The translations under genes and the position numbers were made by a program. A model generated the notes under the pieces. It saw nothing but the letters and a program-made list of their open reading frames with translations. It had not been told where the DNA came from and made no database searches. From positions 2,666,001 through 2,730,000 of the forward strand of contig NW_026889751.1 in NCBI RefSeq assembly GCF_033153115.1: DNA of 64,000 nucleotides, in the 5' to 3' direction. Origin of the DNA: Saccostrea echinata. Taxonomy: Eukaryota. This document shows, one piece after another, positions 28,391 to 37,857 of this stretch. Within the stretch, counting starts at the first letter, position 1. Every line of letters begins with the position of its first letter.

Positions 28391-29046
28391 CTTTCAATAA
28401 ACAAAACAATTTAACTACAAACTTTCACAGAATTATAATGGTACAAGTTGATTATATTTTCTCAACATAAGGCAAAATGTATTCATCTTAAACATGTACA
28501 CAGCACTTTCTGTAAGGAATATTTACTACATGAGACATTACTCTCTAATATGATTTAAATACTAGTACATGTATTTATTGAAGTTGCACTCTAAAAAAAT
28601 AACAGGAAGACTTTGAGCAAATGCTCACTAGTAATACCCCCACTCTGATGTGAATATACACTCTCATGAATCCCACCTAATGGCATGCCTCAACAGTGTG
28701 CTAAAATTTCAAGCATCTGCGATTAGTAGTTGCTGAGAAAACTGCGGCGAAACTTTGTTACGGACAGACACACAGACAGACATATACACACAAGGGTAAA
28801 ACAGTATACCCTCCTCTTCTTCAGTGTGGGGGTATAAAAATTAAGTGGCAATTATTTTTGCAAATTTCTTAAATACAGAATTGAAACTGAACATTAATAT
28901 GCTAAATATAGCTATTTTTCATGTTTTTGAGTACTACTAAACACAAGGGTACAATTTTCTGAAAAATTTTCTGATTGCAAAATTCACATCAACTACTCCT
29001 CAACAGCATTTCCACATTTTTTAACATTTTAAATCCTGCATAAGAA

Positions 29047-29121
29047 AGATCATTCAGAGTGTGTAACATGTCTCTTCATTTATTTCAGAGCCATGGAAGT
29101 AAGGTTTCATCACTATGATCT
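29047..29121 (-). ncRNA. box C/D snoRNA copy A (dual guide, 28S rRNA H43/H44)
   Basis: AGATCAT-A-GTGATGA(C)..ACTTCCATGGCT-CTGA(D')..ATGAAGA(C')..TGTTACACACT-CTGA(D)-ATGATCT; sense within PPAN intron 6. Confidence 0.9.
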
Positions 29122-29597
29122 GGAAAATACTGTATACAGTTTTATTAGTCCCCTACAGGTGAAACCTTTTCTTTCTGTCATTTTGGTTCTTTTTTTCTTC
29201 TATACTCTAGCAGATATTGAGCTGGATTATTGGTATGCGAGTCTACCTTGACAAGTTACAGCTTATGTTTGTATTTCATTCCTCTTTGATGAGATGGATT
29301 TAATGGCTTTTAAGTTTTAAGGGAAACCAGGTTACACTTGCTGGTACTGGTAGGAGAGTAGAATCGCTTATGCAATACTCTCAGAATGCTTTTTTCCATG
29401 AGCAAATTTATATTTTAACTAAAATTATGACATTCAAAACTTAATCAAAAAATCTAAAAAAAAAAAAATTAATGGTGAATAAATAATGAGAAAACTTAAA
29501 AATAATAACAAAACAGATCACAATTCCAAAATTTTCCCTTTGGAAATATATTTGTTTCCATGAATCAATTTTCTATTTCTCTCTGATTATATCAGAA

Positions 29598-29667
29598 GTC
29601 ACTCAGAGTGTGTAACGTGATTCTTCATTTCATCAGAGCCATGGAAGTAAGCTTTCATCACAGTGAC
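29598..29667 (-). ncRNA. box C/D snoRNA copy B
   Basis: GTCACT-GTGATGA..ACTTCCATGGCT-CTGA..ATGAAGA..GTTACACACT-CTGA-GTGAC. Confidence 0.9.
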
Positions 29668-29882
29668 AAGCTATCCTATATAATAAATATTATTTACAGT
29701 GTTTTATGTCTAATTTGTCTTTAAAAAAAAACTTTTTAACATATTTGTCTGAACTTTTTATTTCCCTTTTTCTATTCCCTCTGAACTCTTTCAAACATTA
29801 ATTTCCTTTCTTAAAATGATGTCTGCAATATTACAGTGAACTAGTTCAATAAGTACAAACTTCCATGGACACATACATGCAC

Positions 29883-30315
29883 TAGATAGAACATTCCATT
29901 ATTCAAATGATACTGTCCTATGGACTTGGTTTAATGACAGAATTTGTTCCATATGTTGGCAATGTAGCAAAATAAACAAGAGCAGATAATTCTGAGCTTC
30001 ACAAATACTATGAACAATCCAGAGTTCTGAATGTCATGGTGTATAATTTGAAGCAAGAAAAGACCACTGAGAAAATGTGTTGATTTCTTTCTTTATGTGG
30101 ATTATTTTTTTAGGGTGGAAGACTTGTACAAGCTCAAAAAAATTTTGATTAATTTGATGTTCTTTTGTTTGTTTTTTTTTTTTTCAGTGCAACTTCTTTT
30201 GTATTCCTCAAAATTGTGCCACAGAGGTTTCATTCCAATTTGCTACACTGCAACTATATGGAATGTATTCTAAATGTGGTGAGGGCTTTTCCCGAAACCC
30301 AGCTTATTCTAACTA
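29883..30315. mobile_element. non-autonomous DNA transposon (TAG...CTA ends), same family as 41472-41900
   Basis: Collinear similarity to 41472-41900 over ~430 bp. Confidence 0.7.
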
Positions 30316-30415
30316 GGCACATACTAGAATTTGGTGGTATGATGATTCATTAAATGTTTAAAGACAAAAAGCCAGAACTGATTTCATAAAACAGCAATTA
30401 ATTTCAAATGAAAGA

Positions 30416-30492
30416 CAGATCATTCAGTGTGTGTAACATGGTTCTTCATTTTATTCAGAGCCATGGAAGTATGTTTTCATCACCATGATCTG
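30416..30492 (-). ncRNA. box C/D snoRNA copy C
   Basis: CAGATCAT-G-GTGATGA..ACTTCCATGGCT-CTGA..ATGAAGA..TGTTACACACA-CTGA-ATGATCTG. Confidence 0.9.
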
Positions 30493-30848
30493 GGATATTT
30501 GTCCAACTATACAAGCAAAGGGAAGTAAAAATGTACACTAACACTATTTCATGTTTTTTCACTTATAATACCAGACCGACTACAAAATAAGAACCTCTTA
30601 AAATGTCATTTTGTATTTATACACATTTGATATTGTCCATGAGACTTTGTCTGAAGAGATATGCCCCACTATTGCCATGTATCTGTGTGTACCTGTATGT
30701 CCACAGATATTGCCACTGAATCCTTCTATTTGTGATTAGTTTACAGGCTAAATTTGTGACATGCATAATTTTAAAAAAAAATATGTGTATATTGATAATG
30801 TTTATTTTCTCTTATTATTTGATGGCTTTAAAAGGTACATGTAGTTTA

Positions 30849-30922
30849 GGTCACTCAGTGTGTGTAACAAGGTTCTACATTTTATTTCAGAGCCATGGAA
30901 GTATGTTTTCATCATAGTGACC
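30849..30922 (-). ncRNA. box C/D snoRNA copy D
   Basis: GGTCACT-ATGATGA..ACTTCCATGGCT-CTGA..ATGTAGA..TTGTTACACACA-CTGA-GTGACC. Confidence 0.88.
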
Positions 30923-31035
30923 AAAGTCATGTATTAGTTCTTTTTCAATCAGCTCTGCTGTAAATATTTACATGTACTAGTATCAGTGATACTAATTATT
31001 ATTAGTAATTATTAGTCAGTGAGAAATACTCAAGA

Positions 31036-31108
<73 letters not shown>

Positions 31109-31109
<1 letters not shown>

Positions 31110-32100
31110 CTGTGACAAAGCTCATTCAGAGTGTGTAACAAGTTTCTTAACATGTAAATATATTTATTTTGCTGTGACAAAGCTCATTCAGAGTGTGTAA
31201 CAAGTTTCTTCACATGTAAATATATTTATTTTGCTGTGACAAAGCTCATTCAGAGTGTGTAACAAGTTTCTTCACATGTAAATATATTTATTTTGCTGTG
31301 ACAAAGCTCATTCAGAGTGTGTAACAAGTTTCTTCACATGTAAATATATTTATTTTGCTGTGACAAAGCTCATTCAGAGTGTGTAACAAGTTTCTTCACA
31401 TGTAAATATATTTATTTTGCTGTGACAAAGCTCATTCAGAGTGTGTAACAAGTTTCTTAACATGTAAATATATTTATTTTGCTGTGACAAAGCTCATTCA
31501 GAGTGTGTAACAAGTTTCTTCACATGTAAATATATTTATTTTGCTGTGACAAAGCTCATTCAGAGTGTGTAACAAGTTTCTTCACATGTAAATATATTTA
31601 TTTTGCTGTGACAAAGCTCATTCAGAGTGTGTAACAAGTTTCTTAACATGTAAATATATTTATTTTGCTGTGACAAAGCTCATTCAGAGTGTGTAACAAG
31701 TTTCTTCACATGTAAATATATTTATTTTGCTGTGACAAAGCTCATTCAGAGTGTGTAACAAGTTTCTTCACATGTAAATATATTTATTTTGCTGTGACAA
31801 AGCTCATTCAGAGTGTGTAACAAGTTTCTTAACATGTAAATATCTTTATTTTGCTGTGACAAAGCTCATTCAGAGTGTGTAACAAGTTTCTTCACATGTA
31901 AATATATTTATTTTGCTGTGACAAAGCTCATTCAGAGTGTGTAACAAGTTTCTTCACATGTAAATATCTTTATTTTGCTGTGACAAAGCTCATTCAGAGT
32001 GTGTAACAAGTTTCTTCACATGTAAATATATTTATTTTGCTGTGACAAAGCTCATTCAGAGTGTGTAACAAGTTTCTTCACATGTAAATATCTTTATTTT
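31109..32100 (-). repeat. 16 x 62-bp minisatellite made of the 3' half of the snoRNA
   Basis: Unit gctgtgacaaagctcattcagagtgtgtaacaagtttcttcacatgtaaatatatttatttt; 992/62 = 16; runs directly into snoRNA copy E. Confidence 0.95.
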
Positions 32101-32104
32101 GCTG

Positions 32105-32191
32105 TGACAAAGCTCATTCAGAGTGTGTAACAAGTTTTCTTCACAAGTCTCAGAGCCATGGAAGTAAGCTTTCATCATAATGACTCTGTCA
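32105..32191 (-). ncRNA. box C/D snoRNA copy E
   Basis: TGACAGAGTCATT-ATGATGA..ACTTCCATGGCT-CTGA..GTGAAGA..TTGTTACACACT-CTGA-ATGAGCTTTGTCA. Confidence 0.88.
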
Positions 32192-32268
32192 CTGATATCA
32201 TTTTCATCATAATGACTCTGTCACTGATATCATTTTCATCATAATGACTCTGTCACTGATATCATTTT
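32171..32268 (-). repeat. 3 x 32-bp repeat of the snoRNA 5' end (stem + C box)
   Basis: ttcatcataatgactctgtcactgatatcatt at 32171, 32203 and 32235. Confidence 0.9.
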
Positions 32269-32297
32269 CCTTGAGGAACTTCTCAGTTCTACTTTAC

Positions 32298-32920
32298 CAG
32301 GGATTTTTTTAGGGTCTCTCTGGGGCCGAAATTCGGCCCCATTCCCAATGCTGAAAAGTGCATGTTTTTCCCAAAATTAGACCTAAAAATTCCCAATATA
32401 AAAAAAGTATTTAAAAGTTGTAAATTATTAAAATAAAATAAGACAAAAAAGGTGTTTATGTTATGTTCTCTATGTGCGATGTACGAGCCATCCGAGGAGT
32501 TTCAAGAAGTTATTCGAAATACTACAGATGTTTGCATGCATACTTTTTAAAGCGGGATCGATGTTTAAATATTAAAGTCGGGATCGTTATTTAATAAATA
32601 AACGTGCATCATGTCAGTCTCTCCAGTTTGACGGTAATTTTCAGGCTGGGTTGAATCACTTTTATTCTTATAAATTGGTCAAACAATACCGATTAACCAC
32701 TCATCTGGAACAAACAGCTGCTATTATTTCATATCACTAAAGCTTGTTTAAGCCAGCTTCATACTAAAAAAAAATAAGAAAAATGATTAAATATTTGACT
32801 TTTGCCTGTTTCTTCCTATTTATTTCTATGAAGATATTTTTCCTAATTTCAACCAAATATCACTATTTTTCCCAATCTTGACTGTCCCGGCCCCTGGAAT
32901 CAAAGGGTAAAAAATCCTTG
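32298..32920. mobile_element. MITE (CAGGG...CCTTG ends)
   Basis: cagggattttt / aaaaatccttg ends; ttcccaa subterminal motifs. Confidence 0.45.
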
Positions 32921-33780
32921 TTTACTGCATTCACATTGGTAAATGTACCCTGACACACCTAAGAAAACTTGCATCATTGATGTTTATCTATGAAACTCTA
33001 AACAGCCTTGATGTTGACCCTTTTCAAGACTTCAAGTATGGTCCTCTCTATGTATTCTAGATGCTGCCCACACTGGGGTTGTATCACTAGATATTTTACC
33101 TGATGGCACTTTAAGCAGCCTTGATGTTGCCTCTACTTCAGACCTTTATCGTTTATCACTAGTTATTAAATGATCAGAAACACTGATGTTCTCTGATTGG
33201 TCTAGACTGTCTTTCCTGAGGTGTACCTCAGAAAGAGTTCACCTCAAAATGAAGTTCCGAGACATTTATTCCAGTTTTCTCTCTTCACCAACCATAGATT
33301 TTTTATCGAACAATCAAATTGCATGTTTTAGAGCATGTGTTGTTGTGAATGGTAGTATTGAAGAGACTAAAATCTTTATTGTTTTATAATTTTGTTCCTT
33401 TTTTTAAACAGTTCTTAAACTATGTTGAAATATAATTATGATATGTTGTTACACATTATATTTTGAGTGTTAACATATTTTAGAGACAATCAATGTTGCA
33501 AAATCCCTTAGTATTTGATAAAAGGATTATTAACTTTAGATTTCAGTCTTCTCAAGACCATACGGTCATGGTCAGGTTTGTATAGTCACAAAAAGACCTC
33601 ATCAATAGTCAATAACTGTATAAAGTTATATCAGATGGCACGACACTCTTTGAATCACTGATGTCACCCCTACCTCAGGATTGTGTCACTAGATGTTGAT
33701 GTTGTCCCTACCTCACTAGATGTTAACCTTATGGCACTTTTAGCAGCTTTGACGTTGCCCCTACCTCACTAGATATTTAC

Positions 33781-33894
33781 CTGATGGCACTTTTAGCAGC
33801 TTTGATGTTGCCCCTACTTCTGATGTCTTGGGGTAAGACCACTTCATTATGCTCTCCATCCAGTTCTGCTTCACTCTCTGAGAGGTTACCTCCC
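33781..33894 (-). CDS. PPAN: PPAN exon 6
   Basis: GGNLSESEAELDGEHNEVVLPQDIRSRGNIKAAKSAIR contains the conserved SESE and LPQ..RGN..SAIRL motifs. Confidence 0.93.
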
Positions 33895-34015
33895 CTATAA
33901 ATTCAAATACACAATGTACATGTATTTAAGAACATATTTCCTGTCTATGTATTTTAAGATTTTTTTTTTTAAAAATACTTCAGTAATACTTTTTTTTAGT
34001 ACTTGATAGCCAAAA

Positions 34016-34392
34016 TGTGGTAGTGTGTGATACTAGCTTGGGCTAGTGGGTTAATGGGTTAACCCTTTAGCTCAATTTGTAGAGCACTGGACCGGCATGC
34101 CAGAGGTCCCGGATTCATTCTGAAGTGGAGGCACATACATGTATGCATCTCTGTTATATTGAGTGCCCACATTGGGACCCAAGTATTTTCTGGCGGATGA
34201 AAGTGACTGCACCGAGAACTTCGCCCCACAGGCACTAGCACTCCAAGGGAAATGTGGACACCTCTTTCTCTGGCAAGGGGGACAATGTGGTAGTGTGTGA
34301 TACTGGGCTTCCAACTAGCATGGGCTTCTGGGTTTACTTTAGCTCAATCAGTAGAGCACTAAACTGACATGCCAGTAGTTCCAGGTTCAATT
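34016..34392 (+). mobile_element. TRIM with tRNA-like sequence inside its LTRs (Helenus-like), 3' LTR truncated
   Basis: Direct repeats TGTGGTAGTGTGTGATACT at 34016 and 34286, each containing tagctcaa..gtagagcac..g(g/a)ttca; degenerate PBS at ~34160-34180; PPT aagggggacaa just before the second LTR. Confidence 0.65.
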
Positions 34393-34451
34393 GAATGTAT
34401 AGATCACGTAAAAATATATATAAGTACTCTTTCTACTTACTACTTACTTAC

Positions 34452-34559
34452 TTGGTTATAAAATCACAGACATCATTGTAACGACTAAGGTCTGGAACTT
34501 CTGCTTTAATTAACTTCTTAACACCTTTACTGAGCCCCACTGGTACAACCTTCACATTA
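34452..34559 (-). CDS. PPAN: PPAN exon 5
   Basis: NVKVVPVGLSKGVKKLIKAEVPDLSRYNDVCDFITK; phase 2-2. Confidence 0.93.
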
Positions 34560-35011
34560 CTGAAATAGTAAATTGATAAATAGAAACTGAGATCCCCAAC
34601 ATTCTTTAAAAGCATATATATATTCCTTTTCAACTCATTCAAGCAATTTTAAAGTATTAAGCAGATAGAAGATATTTTTAACTTTACCACTTGTTTAAGA
34701 GTACAATGTACTACCTTTAAGACATCTATGAACTTGTTTTAGTTACTATGTACTTGTTTATGTAAATGTATCTTTAACGCACTGTCAATATAGTCAAAAT
34801 TAGCATGTTCTTAAAATTTCCACTTTTACAGTAGGTCCTTTCGAACTGAGCTAAATGCAGTGTGACAGACAGACAGACAGAAAAACAGCAGGTTGGAAGA
34901 CAGACATGACAAACACTATATGCTTTGGCCATATTCATGGCTGGACATAAAAAGGACAACAAATATACAGTGATGGACTATAAAGAAGAACTGAGTATTT
35001 TATTAACCTAC

Positions 35012-35088
35012 TAGTGTCTGAAGTCAATTGTCTTATCTTCACTGTTGTAATTCAACATCACACATCTCTTTATGTTATTCAAATTTAC
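35012..35088 (-). CDS. PPAN: PPAN exon 4
   Basis: VNLNNIKRCVMLNYNSEDKTIDFRHY (Brix DFRHY motif). Confidence 0.93.
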
Positions 35089-35304
35089 CTGAAACAAATT
35101 AAAATCTGTTATTCAAATTTACCTGAAACAAATTAAAATGCATGTTTTACACCTACAGATCTACTATATTTTCATTATCAATTAATTTACAGACTGAATG
35201 GTATCTATTAATTAAATGTAATAAATATGAAAGATGTTCATGCACATAAATAGAGACAATATGTTTAGTTTTGTGAATAGCTGAAATTAATAGTCCTCTA
35301 AGCA

Positions 35305-35593
35305 CTCATCACAGGATACTCCTACATTGTAAATGATTATTTCATCATAAGATATTCCTATATTGCTAATGTTTATTTCATCATAAGATACTCCTACCTT
35401 GTTAATGTTTATTTCATCACAAGATATTCCTATATTGCTAATGTTTATTTCATCATAAGATACTCCTACCTTGTTAATGTTTATTTAATCACAAGATATT
35501 CCTATATTGCTAATGTTTATTTCATCATAAGATACTCCTACCTTGTTAATGATTATTTCATCATAAGATACTCCTACCTTGTTAATGTTTATT
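35305..35593 (-). repeat. ~8 x 36-bp tandem repeat spanning the PPAN exon 3 donor
   Basis: Unit AACATTAACAAG|GTAGGAGTATCTTATGATGAAATA with two alternating variants. Confidence 0.85.
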
Positions 35594-35901
35594 GAAGGAA
35601 ACATGTTCTGAAACATTGTGGACATCAACTTCAGATGCATTTCCTCCCCACTAAAATTGTTCATCACTAACAATGGGTGGTGATTGAACTGTTTTGGGTC
35701 CACATTTGGCTTTTTCAGGGAAGACACAACATCTTTACACAATGTGTATTCTTTCACTCGGAAAGTTAATGTTGGCCCCCTTGATAATCGACTCACTCGA
35801 AGGTGAACATTTATTTCTGATTTTGTATATATCAAGAAATGTGACACTCCTAAATCTCCAGCTATACTGACAAAGTCTTTCAACACATTCTTCTTTCTGA
35901 C
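35578..35901 (-). CDS. PPAN: PPAN exon 3 (Brix domain core)
   Basis: VRKKNVLKDFVSIAGDLGVSHF..RGPTLTF..PLLVMNNF..MFQNMFPSININK; 324 nt, phase 0-0. Confidence 0.95.
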
Positions 35902-37569
35902 CTACAAAATAATATATAATTAACAACAAAAAAAGGAATTTTAATTGCCACTTAAAGTCATTGAAAGTAACCAATATCTCAAAGAATTTATAAGTACTGT
36001 GAGCAATTACTTTCATCCAATTTTTAATTATATTGTTATACTGGGATAACTTAATAACTTAATAATATATATTGTGATCAGAGAGGATCAAAACAGCATA
36101 ATTATACATCGATTCATAAAATTAAGTATCATTTTTTCAAGAAGCATAGAAGGTACATGTTTGGTTTTATAAAATTAGAGTATTTGCACCCCCCCCCCCC
36201 TTCAAAAAAAAAGAATGGCGGAACTCGTTAAAAATCCCAAAAAGAAGTCAAATTTCCTTAATTTAGATATTATAGAGAAATTAAGATAAATCTTCAATTT
36301 GCTTTAATCTTGATTTTAGATAATAATCAAGACCACCAAAGTTAAAATGCTTGTGGCTAAGAACCAGAAACAAACAATAACTATTAATCATTATATCTGA
36401 TAAGTTTACAAAACTTTTTTAAACTATGGAAATAACTTGCTGTAAGCATAAATTCATTATATATGTGTTCACTGTAACCATATTGTACTGTACAAAAAGT
36501 AATGCTACAATCTACATTTTTTCTTTAAAATCAAAAAAAGAAATAAATACGATGCAATGATACTTTTTTCCCTCACATTTCATAGCCATAAATTGCATAA
36601 GTATATTTTTTAGTTCTCATTTCCTGTTAACATTGTCAGGACAATTATTACATAAATCTCTTCTAACTTTATTTTGGTACCTTAAGTCTGAATAATTATT
36701 CCATAGATATCATCCTAATTAGGTTAAAGTTAACTTTACCACACTACATGTACCACAGTGATTTTTTTTTTTTTTTTTTTTTTGCTTCTTAAACTACCAC
36801 CCCTCCTTTTGAATTGGGAAAAATTAGCGATATTTTTCTCAAATTGAGAAAAATCATTTATATAAATTAGAATGATAAAAAAATTGAATAAAATAACCAA
36901 ACAGGCATGCTTTTGATTGAGGTCTACTTCATATCCGATTTAAAATCATAAAACAATTTATTTTTTTAATTTAAACATAAATATTGAATGGGAACATTAC
37001 TTATATTAGTCACACCTTGTATAATTATTATTTTTTTCTTGAAATTACTTGTTGCCTAATCTAATAAAAATAATAATTTGCCAACATTTGGACACCTTAT
37101 CTAGTAAACTACTAGTGTACAGAACGTTTTTACTGTTTTTGTTTTTCTGATTTTATTGAAATCCCATAGTTTTGTCCTTTTCCTGTTATTAGCCCGACCC
37201 TGTATTCAAACTAAAAATGTTACCAAGGCCCTTCAAGGCTTGTATCTTGAAACTATCTAATGGTTTTGTATATAAGCTAAGTATCTGTTTACATGGATAC
37301 CTCCATTGTTTTACACATTCATCACAAAACCTTTTGTATGTGCATGGGTTTGGAGAATAAATTTGAAGAGAAAAAAATGTATTTACTCTTTGTCAGCAAT
37401 GTTTAAAATTTCACCATTATTTCATTACATCCCCCCCCCACCCGAAAAAAAATCACTGCTACCTGATGTCAGATAATAATTACATAAATATCTTCTAATT
37501 TAAGTTTGGTACCTGTAGTCTAAAGTACCTAATTATTACAAAAATATCTTCCTAACTTTTTCTCAGTAC

Positions 37570-37740
37570 CTGAAGTCGGGATGCTGTATAAGGCTCCATT
37601 ACATGTCGCATGTCCTTGATAAGCTGTAGAATATTTTTACCAACATGACCTCTGTGAAACACAAAGGAATGTGGGGCCTTTCTGTAGTCTTCCTCTTGTC
37701 CCTCGCTTTGCTTAGCTTTCATAGAACGAATAACTTTGCT
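37570..37740 (-). CDS. PPAN: PPAN exon 2
   Basis: SKVIRSMKAKQSEGQEEDYRKAPHSFVFHRGHVGKNILQLIKDMRHVMEPYTASRLQ has the PPAN/Ssf1 PHSFV and D.R.VMEP.TA motifs. Confidence 0.95.
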
Positions 37741-37857
37741 CTATGAAAAAAAAAATATAGAAGTATGCATTTGGAAATTTCCACACAGCAATACTTATTG
37801 ACCAAAAAAAAAAGCACTGCTTATTATTCTTTAACCCTAATAAACAAACTGATAAAA

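Noticed and set aside
31109-32100. CRISPR-like regular array
   Set aside because: No unique spacers, no cas genes and a eukaryotic intron context; the units are head-to-tail copies of a snoRNA half.
35281-35577. Additional C/D snoRNA suggested by repeated RTGATGA
   Set aside because: No downstream CTGA with a terminal stem; the motif belongs to the 36-bp donor repeat.
37261-37331. C box + 8-bp terminal stem + 10 nt antisense to U2 snRNA
   Set aside because: No D box, the match is short enough to be chance, and the region looks like transposon interior.
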